From: Diplonema japonicum
Taxonomy: Eukaryota; Protista; Euglenozoa: Diplonemea
Assembly: GCA_964019335.1 (NCBI GenBank)
Contig: OZ025674.1
Location: 496,001 to 560,000 of the forward strand
Direction: 5' to 3'
Length of the DNA: 64,000 nt
The notes beneath the pieces were generated by a model, which was given only the letters and a program-made list of their open reading frames with translations, was not told the origin of the DNA and ran no database searches. Of this stretch, positions 50,967-61,186 are shown one piece after another. The translations under genes were made by a program, and so were the position numbers. Position 1 is the stretch's first letter; each line of letters opens with the position of its first letter.

Positions 50967-51836
50967 ATGAGCGATGCGTACGAGGCGACCATCGCCAAGC
51001 TGAAAGAGGAGAACAAGCTGCGCGAGGAGGCGTTGTTGCAAGAGCTTGAAAAGGCACGCGAAGAGAGGTACCTGGCCCCGGCTGACTACCCAACGCAGCT
51101 CCGGAAGCTGGAACGGGAAAACGCAAAGCTAAGGGTGGAGCTGCAGCTGCAGCAGGGCCATGTCTTGAATATGGCGACGGAGATGGGACGGCTGCGCGAA
51201 GAGCTACGGACGCTGAACAGCGTGAGCAACGTGGCCGATGAGCTGCACGGCGCACAGCTTGCACTGGCGGACAACGTGCGGCGGCTGCAAGAGGGAACCA
51301 GGGAACTCGATGACACGACGAAGGTGCTTATCTCAAACACACGCCGTGGGAGTAGAGGTGAGCGGCTGGCAGTAGGTGTCGCACCTCACAAGCACAGCGA
51401 CATCGTCGCAGTCTCTTCCGCTGCAGGCCTCACAAACGAGCTGTATGAGAGGTTCCAGCCTGTCGTGCCACACCCTGTCCTGCGCTTCCACCAAGTGCAG
51501 GCTAGCAACACACTCTTCCGAACATTGGCCTTTCTCCTACTCGGCAACGAGTACTCCCACACCTCCCTTCGGGACCAGGTGCTGCAACACATCACACAGC
51601 ACCCCTCGCAATACGCCCGCTACGTCACCACGTCCCTATCCTATTACTGCCAGGTTACCCCAGGGGACCTGCTTACCCTCCAGGCTGCTGCCGACAGGTA
51701 CCGTGTGTCCATTACTGTCTATTACTTGCCGCAGTACCACAGAAGCCTGTTCCTCCCCTCTGATACCCCCCTCCAGGAAGTGACCCTTTCGATGTGGGTA
51801 GAGGGTGACCAAGAAATGTACTGCCCTGTCTTATAA
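50967..51836 (+). CDS. Coiled-coil protein with a degenerate OTU-like domain
   Basis: N-terminal heptad repeats. ASNTLFRTLA..LLG....H..LR and GDLLTLQAAADRY match the OTU pattern. Confidence 0.7.
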   Translation: MSDAYEATIAKLKEENKLREEALLQELEKAREERYLAPADYPTQLRKLERENAKLRVELQLQQGHVLNMATEMGRLREELRTLNSVSNVADELHGAQLALADNVRRLQEGTRELDDTTKVLISNTRRGSRGERLAVGVAPHKHSDIVAVSSAAGLTNELYERFQPVVPHPVLRFHQVQASNTLFRTLAFLLLGNEYSHTSLRDQVLQHITQHPSQYARYVTTSLSYYCQVTPGDLLTLQAAADRYRVSITVYYLPQYHRSLFLPSDTPLQEVTLSMWVEGDQEMYCPVL

Positions 51837-51889
51837 TGTACTTTGTAAAGTGATATTTTAATTTTGCATCCTCAGTACGCACACAGGTG

Positions 51890-52855
51890 ATGACGGTGAT
51901 TCGTGCTGCCTTCGATGTGGGCTCAGGGGCCACCAAGCTGCAGGTAGCTGAGGTGGATACATCGGCAGGCAAGATCGTGAATGTGCTGTTCGCTGAAGAG
52001 AGGCCTGTGAAATTTGCGCTGGACTTGAAGGCGTCGAAGGACAATACGATCTCGGAGAGCATCATGGGGAAGGGGCTTCAGGTGTTTGGAGATCTGTTGC
52101 GTATTGCAAGCGAGCATGGAGCGGTGCAGGTGGCGGCAATAGCGACGGAAGTGTTTCGCAAGGCAGCTAACGGGAGAGAGTTTGTGCGCAAAGTGAGGGA
52201 GGTGCTTGGCATAGAGCTGTGCATTGTGTCGCAGCAAATGGAGGCTGTGCTGGGGTACGACACGGCAGTGGCTTTAGGCGGGATAAGGGATGTTATAAGC
52301 TGGGACTCGGGAGGTGGTAGCTTTCAGCTAGCGACCGACCGTGGTGCGAGGGTGTACTTAGGTGCTTTGGGAGCCTCTGTTGTAACCGCAATGATGGTGA
52401 GGGACGTCCAAGACAAGATCTTCACGACCACCTCGTCACCTAACCCTGTGCACCGCCACCACATTGACCAGCTAGCGAGCCTTTGCCTCTCTAAGCTTTC
52501 CACTCCGCCGCGTTGGCTGACGAGTGGTGCCCCTGTTGTTGCTGTGGGCGGCCCTAACAGTATCTTCCGTCTTGCTGCAGACATGACGGGTACCAACATC
52601 ATCACCACGGACCTAGTCGCCTCCTGCACTGCGGAGCTCTTAGGCCACAGTGACGCTACTATCCGTGCACGCTGCTGCCCCCGTTCCGACTCCGACCCCC
52701 CTTCGATGATCCTTCCGAAGCTCACGCTCCTCCAAACAGTTATGAAGCACTGCAACATTAAATCATTTAAATTCGTACCTGCAATCGGCTCCTGTGCGGG
52801 CATTCTCATTAGCACAGACCTGAAGTGGGGGATCCTTCCCTCCTCGAAGCTGTAG
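51890..52855 (+). CDS. Ppx/GppA-family phosphatase (ASKHA fold) with C-terminal PTS1 SKL
   Basis: Motifs AAFDVGSGATKL, ATEVFRKAANG, EAVLGY and WDSGGGSFQL. The protein ends SSKL*. Confidence 0.85.
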   Translation: MTVIRAAFDVGSGATKLQVAEVDTSAGKIVNVLFAEERPVKFALDLKASKDNTISESIMGKGLQVFGDLLRIASEHGAVQVAAIATEVFRKAANGREFVRKVREVLGIELCIVSQQMEAVLGYDTAVALGGIRDVISWDSGGGSFQLATDRGARVYLGALGASVVTAMMVRDVQDKIFTTTSSPNPVHRHHIDQLASLCLSKLSTPPRWLTSGAPVVAVGGPNSIFRLAADMTGTNIITTDLVASCTAELLGHSDATIRARCCPRSDSDPPSMILPKLTLLQTVMKHCNIKSFKFVPAIGSCAGILISTDLKWGILPSSKL

Positions 52856-52906
52856 TTGTCCCTTTGTATTTGTACCAAACCAGCCTACGGACCAACACAG
52901 GAGGAT

Positions 52907-54175
52907 ATGGCAAGGCGTGTATTGGTTTCTGTCGGAGGTGTGGCCTCCGCGGTGGGCCTCAACAGCTGCTTTGGCAAGGAACGCGAAGCGCCTATAGTAG
53001 TGGTCGGTGGGGGTGTGATGGGGGCATCTGCATGCTATTCTATCAGCAGCAAAGGTGTGCCTTGTGTGCTGATTGACGATGGCGATCCATTCAAGTCCAG
53101 TTGGGGAGAAAGCAGAGTCGCGAGGGACGTGCAGCAGGAGGCAATATATGTGCGTCTTTTCAGAAGGTCGTTGGGTTTATGGAAGAAAATCGAAGAAGAA
53201 GCCGAACAAGAGGTCATGGTGCAGACTGGTATCATAACATTGGGCGAGGGAGAGAAACTGGAGAAGGCAAAGGAAAACAACCGCCTACTGGACTTGGAAT
53301 TCGAAACTTTGAACGCTGAAAGTTTCCCTCAGGTGAACATCCCAGAGAGCACGGAAGGTATCTACCAGTCAGGTGGATGGGTGGTTCTTGCTTCCAAAGC
53401 AGTTGACGCCCTGTATAACCTCAGCCCGATGAAGGGCGGAACAGTTATTGAGAATGACGGCGTGACAAAGATCAACAGAAAGGAGAAGTGGGTGGAAACT
53501 GAATCGGGGCACAGGGTACACTATTCAAAGCTCGTTCTATCATGTGGGCCGAAGACAAACAAGGTACTGCAAGGCGCTGGCCTGTCGTCGCTTGCCATTG
53601 TGCCTACTGCAGAGCAGCAGAACTACTACAAGCCACGCGACAGCTCTGTAGATCACAGCACGGCAAGCATGCCTGTCATCATAGAGTTCAATGAACGTTT
53701 CATTTACGTCGTGCCACATGTGGTTGATGGCGTTGAAGGTGTAAAGGTGTCCTTGCACGGCGCAGGCGAAGTCATGCAAGACTCCGAATACGTGATCCCT
53801 GCAGGTGTCGATGCCACGCAGTTGTACCCATACCGCTCAGTGCACACATCACGCAACGTGGTGACGACAGGTCTGCCCTCAGGGAGAATGCCCTCTACTG
53901 CAATTGTCAACGAGTGGGTCAAGACATATCTCCCCCACCTCCACCCCGAGCCCCACTACACCTACCGCTGTGTGTACACTTCCTCCGTCAAAGGAGACGG
54001 TCCCGTTCTCGGGCCACACCCCGATGACAGCGATGTCATAATGTGCTGTGCCTTTTCGGGTGAGGGTTTCAAGTTTGCACCTGTATACGGCGAGATCGCG
54101 GGCAATTACGCGCTCAACACGCCGCAAGAGGTGCAGGGACTGCAGAGGTTCCTCCCCGACAGGCTGGTTGTCTGA
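52907..54175 (+). CDS. FAD-dependent sarcosine/pipecolate oxidase-like protein
   Basis: Motifs VVGGGVMG (GxGxxG), SSWGESRV, CVYT and FSGEGFKFAPVYG. Confidence 0.85.
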   Translation: MARRVLVSVGGVASAVGLNSCFGKEREAPIVVVGGGVMGASACYSISSKGVPCVLIDDGDPFKSSWGESRVARDVQQEAIYVRLFRRSLGLWKKIEEEAEQEVMVQTGIITLGEGEKLEKAKENNRLLDLEFETLNAESFPQVNIPESTEGIYQSGGWVVLASKAVDALYNLSPMKGGTVIENDGVTKINRKEKWVETESGHRVHYSKLVLSCGPKTNKVLQGAGLSSLAIVPTAEQQNYYKPRDSSVDHSTASMPVIIEFNERFIYVVPHVVDGVEGVKVSLHGAGEVMQDSEYVIPAGVDATQLYPYRSVHTSRNVVTTGLPSGRMPSTAIVNEWVKTYLPHLHPEPHYTYRCVYTSSVKGDGPVLGPHPDDSDVIMCCAFSGEGFKFAPVYGEIAGNYALNTPQEVQGLQRFLPDRLVV

Positions 54176-54417
54176 CCCGAATGGCCATTTGTTTCAGCTC
54201 CATTACTTTAACTACTGAGATGCCTAGAGTTGATAGCACGCCTTCCTATACGGCGCCTGGAAAATGGGCTTTCGCGAAGCTCTATATCAGGCAGTGCAGT
54301 GCGCACTTCTAGGCAACAGTCCCTCTAACGTTTCCAGCTCCTCTGATGTATTGGTGGAGACCGGAGTTTAACTTTCTAACTTATTTGGTGATTTTTATTC
54401 AGGTTGCATACTTAGAG

Positions 54418-55677
54418 ATGCTGAGATTATCTTCAAGATGTCTGTGCGAGGCTGTGGTGACGCCTTGGGGCGTGTCAGGACCGAAGGATGCCCCTTTGAA
54501 GTATGCGAAGGTAATCGAGCAGTTCGGGTCGGAGCCTATGACTGAGGAGATGATGGGGCACTTTAAGGCAGCAGTGGCGCACATGAATGGTGAGACAGAG
54601 ATGCACAAGTTCATGCGGAGGAACATAGCCTTCACGCACAGGGGGCTGGAGCAGGCGATGCAAGAGATCATGAATGAAAAGAAGTTCTACTTATACACTG
54701 GACGTGGTCCCTCCGACAAGACCATGCACATCGGGCATGCGGTGCCCTTCATGCTGACAAAGTACTTGCAAGACCAGTTCGACGTCCCTCTTGTCATTCA
54801 GATGACCGACGACGAGAAGTTCCTCTTCCGTGACCTTGACATGGACAAGCTGCAAACTATGACACGCGAGAATATCAAAGACATCCTCAGCTTCGGGTTC
54901 GACCTAAAGAAGACCTTCGTCTTCAACAATCTGAACTACATGCAGCGCCTGTACCCCAACACCCTCAGAATCCAAAGACAGCTCACCTTCAACAAGGTCT
55001 CCTCGACCTTCGGGTTCGACAACAGCAGCAACATCGGTAAGATTGCGTTCCCTGCTATTCAAGCCGCTCCATGTCTCTCATCATCCTTTCCCGTGGTGCT
55101 GCCGGTGAAAAGCAAGATGAAATGCCTCATCCCCTGCGCAATAGACCAGGACCCTTTCTTCATGCTTACTCGCGACGTGTGTCCGAAGCTGAAGTCCCCG
55201 AAGCCTTCGCTGTTAATGACAAAGTTCCTGCCACCCCTGAACGGCGTTGGAGGGAAGATGTCCTCCTCAGGTGAGAGCCACACACAAGTGTTGCTCACTG
55301 ATGACAGGAAGACAGTGCATAAGAAAATAAAGAGATCGTTCAGCGGTGGCGCTGCAACGCTTGAGGAGTTCAAAGAGAAGGGGGGAGACGCTGAGATCGA
55401 TGTGGCGTACCAGTACCTCAAGCACTTCCTGGAAGATGACGCAGAGCTGCAGGAGTTGCATGACGGGTTTACAAGCGGCACCATACACTCAGGTATCATG
55501 AAGCAACGTGCGGCAGATGTAGTGGCCGATTTTTTGGAGCAACTGCAGGTATGCACCTACCTCTTTTACCCCCCCCCCCCCCGCTTCAATCACACCACTC
55601 AGGAACGTCGTGCTGCCATAACTGAAGAGGACGTTGATTTTGTGATGAGCGAACGATCCATTCTCCCGTTCAACTAA
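54418..55677 (+). CDS. Eukaryotic/archaeal-type tryptophanyl-tRNA synthetase with short mitochondrial-type presequence (intron 55549-55602)
   Basis: Motifs YLYTGRGPS, MHIGH, QMTDDEKF, CAIDQDPFF and KMSSS. The N-terminus is MLRLSSRCLC. Confidence 0.92.
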   Translation: MLRLSSRCLCEAVVTPWGVSGPKDAPLKYAKVIEQFGSEPMTEEMMGHFKAAVAHMNGETEMHKFMRRNIAFTHRGLEQAMQEIMNEKKFYLYTGRGPSDKTMHIGHAVPFMLTKYLQDQFDVPLVIQMTDDEKFLFRDLDMDKLQTMTRENIKDILSFGFDLKKTFVFNNLNYMQRLYPNTLRIQRQLTFNKVSSTFGFDNSSNIGKIAFPAIQAAPCLSSSFPVVLPVKSKMKCLIPCAIDQDPFFMLTRDVCPKLKSPKPSLLMTKFLPPLNGVGGKMSSSGESHTQVLLTDDRKTVHKKIKRSFSGGAATLEEFKEKGGDAEIDVAYQYLKHFLEDDAELQELHDGFTSGTIHSGIMKQRAADVVADFLEQLQVCTYLFYPPPPRFNHTTQERRAAITEEDVDFVMSERSILPFN

Positions 55678-56138
55678 TGTTGTATTTCTGTTCATTCGTA
55701 TATTACGAAACTGACTCCAGCAACAGCTTTACACTACGTTATATGTGTTGATGCCTGCGGTACATTATGGCCCAGGGTGTGTTGCCTCATATGTGGTAGA
55801 TTTAGGTGTGAAACCAGGACCAGGGTGTCCCGCACCTGGCGGGATGTACGGGGTATGTATCATCTCACTCTTCACAATTCACCGCCTTAGGATAAATACG
55901 GAACTTTTGTGCCGGAGCAGTACCAAACAAAAGGCTCAGCAGGGCCAAAGCGGAGCACGCCAAGGTTTGAAGATCCGAAGACCTTCACCGAGGCCGCCAC
56001 GGGAGTGGGTGCCGGGGTGGGTGCTGGCTCCGTGGGAGCTGCTGTAGGCTTCGGCTTTGCTGCGCTCTTAATACCATGATTCGCATATATATTATTTCCA
56101 ACGCAAACTGCTATCGCTCACTTGTTAACAGGAAGAAA

Positions 56139-59100
56139 ATGGTGTCCTTACAATTCAAAGGGCTTCTCGGTGATGTGGGGCTTGATTTCGGCTCTGTTGC
56201 GTCCCTCCGACCGCAGATAGTCTTGGACGAAGAGGACATGCGGCAGGACTTGCGCAGCGACCTCGACAGGGACCTCGACGCTGAGGACATGATGCTCGGC
56301 GCGTACACAACGTCGTTGTTCAGGTCGTGCGAGTCGATAGCAGACCCTAAGAACTGCTTCCCCTCGCACTCCGCTGCGTGGCCTTATCCATTACACGAGG
56401 TGCACTTGCTGGAGGAGGACGCACCGAAGCGAGAAATAGAAAGCCGCATTGGAATGAAAGTCTCTGTGGACCCCGATGCAGAAGACACTGTGAAGCTATC
56501 GTGCGATGACTCTTCGCAGTGGTTCCTCTCTGGTGTGCAGGACGTAGACCACTGGGACGAGCTGGACAAAGACGCTGCCGATGAGGGTGAGGGTGAGGAG
56601 TTGCTACGCATGATGGAGATGGACACGAAGGGCTTAACGCCACCAGGGTGGTCGGCCCCGCTGTTAATCGACATGACAAAGGCAGCGCCCTTAGGTGGCG
56701 CGGCAATGGACGTAAAGAAGGAAGTGTCTGGTGAAACTGAAAAATCGCGATGCAGGAACCCTGTCACGTTTATCACGCGTGTTAAAGAAGAGGCCGAAGC
56801 TGTAGCGAGGGGTGAGATTAAAAGAAAAGCTGAGGCCCCGCCCGTGCTTGACCCTCTGATGTCGGAAGAGGTGGCAAACTTTGACTTCGAGTCGCTGAAC
56901 AAAGCCCCCGGTTCCGGTGCCTACGACGACATGTATGACTGGGGGATAGAGGAGGAGGAGGAGACAGTCCGCAGGACGTGGGTCAACACTGCACTGTTGG
57001 ATGTGTCAAACTTCAACGACCTGCTGCCCAACCCCGCGGTGAAGTACCCCTTCGAGTTGGATGAGTTCCAGAAGCAGGCCATTGCGCGCATCGAGCTCAA
57101 CGAGAATGTATTTGTCGCTGCGCACACCAGTGCAGGGAAGACAGTTGTTGCCGAATATGCGATCGGGCTGTCAAAGTACAGGGGGACGAGAGTGCTGTAC
57201 ACGTCACCCATCAAAACGCTGAGCAACCAGAAGTACAGGGATTTCAAAGATAAGTTCAGCGATGTAGGGATTATCACTGGCGACGTGCAGATCAACACTG
57301 ATGCGTCGTGCCTCATCATGACGACGGAGATCCTGCGCAGCATGCTGTATAAGGACTCCAGCATCACATCTGACGTGGAGTACGTGATCTTCGATGAGGT
57401 GCACTACGTGAACGACACGGAGAGGGGGTACGTGTGGGAAGAGATCATAATTCTGCTTCCGAAGAACGTGAAGCTCATTATGCTGAGTGCCACTGTCCCC
57501 AATACAGAGGCCTTCGCAGACTGGGTAGGACGCACCCGACAGGCATCGGTCAACGTTATTACAACCTACAAACGACCCGTCCCCCTGCGCCACTGCCTTT
57601 ACTACGGTGACAATGAGTACCCCCTCCTCGAGCAGGGCAAGGGCTTCGATGCCGCCTCCTACAAGGCCGCCTTCGACCTGCACAGCAAGAAGCCGATGAA
57701 GCCGATGAACTTCCAGGCAAGAATGAAGAATGAGGCGCGTGAATGGCGCAACATTATCAAGTACCTCGAGAAGAACAAAAGACTTCCGGTCATCGTCTTC
57801 GCGTTCAGCAAGCAGAAACTGGATGACCTTTCTGATTTCTTGGGGGGGATGAACTTTACGACTAAAAAGGAGAAGGCAGCCATCGAAGCCTTCTTGCGAC
57901 AGGCCATGAAGAGACTGAAGGGGAGCGACAAGTCTATTCCGCAAGTCACAAGAATTTTCAGGCTTTTGAAAAAGGGTATGGCCGTGCACCACGCAGGGCT
58001 GATGCCGATCATTAAGGAAGTTGTTGAGGTCCTGTTCTGCAAGGGCTTCATTCGTGTTTTGTTTGCGACAGAGACCTTCGCCATGGGTGTGAACGCACCA
58101 GCAAAGTGTGTTGTGTTTGCAAGCACAAGCAAGATGGATGGCAATGGGAAGCGCGACTTGTACCCAGGCGAGTACATTCAGATGAGCGGTCGTGCTGGCC
58201 GTCGAGGGCTGGACTCCGTTGGGCACGTGATGATGGCGTGCACGGGGGGTGTGCCCTCACAGAGCACTCTCAAGTCCCTGCTGACGGGTTCCCCTGTTCA
58301 ACTGGAGTCCAAATTCAGGATCACTTACTCCATGGTGCTGAACTCCTTGATAAGCGACTCTGCTGACATGAGCTTGCTGCTGAGGAACTCCTTTGCCGAA
58401 GCGAGCTCCAACAAGTACTTCCCTGTCTACTGCGCGCTCCGTGACAAATACCAAGAAGAGCTCGACAGCGAAGAGATAAAGCTGGAAGGCAGTCCTGACA
58501 ACTGCCGTGAGATGTACACTTCGGTTCGTGGATGGGTCGAGGGGCGGAAGTCACTCGCAGCTCGTATGGTGCTTGACACAAAATCTGCTCAGACTTACCT
58601 TACATTGGGCAAGGTGGTGGTGGTGGAAGTAGCCCCAATGGTCATCACCTTAGGCTATGTCGTGAAGGTGCAGGGCCTTACAGACATGACGTGTGTGATC
58701 CTTTACGATACTGCCAACAGGGAGTACAACCCTGAGACGTGCGGTATACCCCTTTTCATGGGTGGCTGCGCCATAGACGTTGTCACCATACCCAGGAGCA
58801 GGATCGTGGCCGTCACGAACAAGAGCGTGGTGGAGGCACCTCCACCAGCGAAGGGCAAAGGCCCAGCGATGCCAGTGATGCTGAACACTAACGACAACGC
58901 GGCCCTCATCAAGAAGGGCGAAAAGCTGCGTGACATCCTGAAGGAACTGCGTACTACGGACCTGGTGGTGATGAAGTCGGGCGACCTGGACACAGCAGAC
59001 TTGAAGGACATCACGGAAGTGTGGATGACGCGAGCAAAAGCATGTGCTGCTGTGAGGAGCACCGACATGGAAAAATGCCACAAACAACAGGAGTGCGAGA

Positions 59101-59850
59101 GGCGTGCTGCAATGTATGACAAGTTGGCATCGGACGACGGTCTGTACTTAATGCCCGAGTACAGGGGCAGGCTGGATGTCCTTTCGAGGCTTGGGATGAT
59201 CGAGCCTGTCGATCGGGTGAGCTTCGACTATGAAGTGCTGCCGAAGGGCCGCTGTGCTTCTGCCATTAGCTCTATGGACTCCGTCATCGGGACAGAGCTC
59301 ATCTTCGAAGGCATCTTCGACGATGTGGAGGCACCCATCATTGCCGCCTGCCTGTCGTGCTTCATGTATGTAACCATGTTCCTTTCTTCTTATCCAAACC
59401 TCCAGATGCACGGATAAGTACGCTGACAAAGTCACGCTCCCCGAAGAGCTGAGCGCCATCCAGACGAAGATTCTGGATCTTGTGACTAGGCTGTACGAGG
59501 TGCAGAGTGATGCATGGTATGTTCTACTTCGCTGTAATGGTAAATATCACATCAACAGGCTGGTCATGGACAAAGAAGACTATTTAAGTAAGACAATGAA
59601 CTTCAACATCTGCGAGGCAGTGTGGGAATGGGCACACGGAACCCCATTCCTGAACATTATCGAAGCTACCACTGCAAGGGAAGGCACGCTCATCAGGGAC
59701 ATCACTAGGCTCGACGGGTTGTGCAGGGAGTTCAAGAATGCCTCGAAGCTTCTTGGCGACACCACCCTGCAGGCCAAGTTCAGCGAGTGCTCCGATCTGA
59801 TAAGGCGAGATGTGGTCTTCTGCACCTCGCTCTACGTTGAGCAGTGGTGA
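56139..59850 (+). CDS. SKI2: SKI2-like DExH RNA helicase (about 1209 aa; introns 59366-59405, 59517-59558)
   Basis: Motifs YPFELDEFQKQA, AHTSAGKT, DEVH, SAT, QMSGRAGRRG, LESKFRITYSM and C-terminal IRRDVVFCTSLY. Confidence 0.92.
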
Positions 59851-60008
59851 ACACAGCAGTGCTGTGTACTTGACCTTGATCACCTCTCTAGCGCCGACGA
59901 AGTGTTGTTTTTTGTTCTTCAGTGAATTTCTTTATGAACTGTGAGCACCTCAAGATTTTATCGAGATTTTCTCACTCTCCCTAAGTGCAAGACACACAGA
60001 TCAGCAAG

Positions 60009-60947
60009 ATGGAGGACAGGTCCAGGTCCATGTCATTGCCCACAAGGCGTGCCGTGAATGAGCCTGAGATTGAGCCTGAGAGGGAACCTGTATTTAAGGT
60101 TGCCAATAAGTGCCAAGCGTTCCTTCTGCTGCTAGTAGGGTGCCTTATGTTCACGCTTCATGTTGTGACAATGGCGGAGAAGAGCTCGTGGGTGAAGATC
60201 AGGACAGGGTTGAGAATGGTGTCGGGGAACCTGCCCACTGGGAGCGATCAATTCACAGGGACGTACCCCTCAGTAGAGGTGTGCCATGCGATAGCGGAGG
60301 ATGCCAGTGATGTGAGCGGGTTTGTATGGGTGCCCGTGCAGGGGAGCCCTAACGACGTGCACTGCGAGTTCAAAACTGTGGGGACACCTTTGGAGAGCGG
60401 GACTGTGGACAACAGGACAGCTGTGATCAAGGGTGCTGCAGGGGCTTCTTGTGGATTGTTCGAGTGCAGCAAGACGCCATTTAGTAACACGATAGACTTT
60501 TACGACTGCGAGATGCTCATGGACACCATCCGCACCTTCCAAGGGTTCTCGGTCATGGCGGCCATCATGCTCGGCGGCCATCTAATCTTGCAGTTTTTGC
60601 TGTGGATCAACTCTTGGGGAAAGCAGCTGGGTCCACTGTTAGAGCTCCTTCCCTACTCCTATGCACTGCAGGCTGTATTCTACGTCATCACGTGGGCGTC
60701 TCTGGTGGCTGCCTACGCCTTCAAGTTCTGCGGAAGGCGGATACGCACTGTGTCCTCGCTCAATTATGGGCTGTACTTTCTTATCGGCAACACAGTGCTG
60801 TGCTACACATGTTATGTCCTTACAAGGTCCGCGTTCAAATATGCAATCCCTAACCGGATTGTCCGCCCTGAGCTTCAGCTCCGCAAGCCCAATAAGCGTC
60901 GATCCACCGTCGCTGCAACCCGCAGTATCAACAGTGCGAACCTCTGA
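60009..60947 (+). CDS. Amastin/claudin-like four-TM surface protein with enlarged Cys-containing first loop
   Basis: Four hydrophobic helices with CGLFEC, C...M...R.FQGFSVMA, W...AAY..KFCG and YGLYFLI, resembling the amastin pattern. Confidence 0.6.
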   Translation: MEDRSRSMSLPTRRAVNEPEIEPEREPVFKVANKCQAFLLLLVGCLMFTLHVVTMAEKSSWVKIRTGLRMVSGNLPTGSDQFTGTYPSVEVCHAIAEDASDVSGFVWVPVQGSPNDVHCEFKTVGTPLESGTVDNRTAVIKGAAGASCGLFECSKTPFSNTIDFYDCEMLMDTIRTFQGFSVMAAIMLGGHLILQFLLWINSWGKQLGPLLELLPYSYALQAVFYVITWASLVAAYAFKFCGRRIRTVSSLNYGLYFLIGNTVLCYTCYVLTRSAFKYAIPNRIVRPELQLRKPNKRRSTVAATRSINSANL

Positions 60948-61186
60948 TGTACATTAGAAAAGAAGTAAATATATAATAAAACGGAAAGCTATGTCCGTTC
61001 GTTTCTTGCAAAACATATGCAGTGCCCGTGCTGCTCCGCATGTTTAGTGTGAGGAAGAAAAAAAGGAAAAGAAGCGAAGTTGAACTTTGTGCTTCCCCTA
61101 ACAAAAGGGTTGTAGACATACACATAAACAGCGTTCTATTAGTATTTTCGACTTTATTGGAATAAAACAATGACATCACAGGCAGA

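Noticed and set aside
51818-51890. Possible splice fusion of the OTU-like and Ppx ORFs
   Set aside because: The GT/AG pairs I tried do not give an in-frame join.
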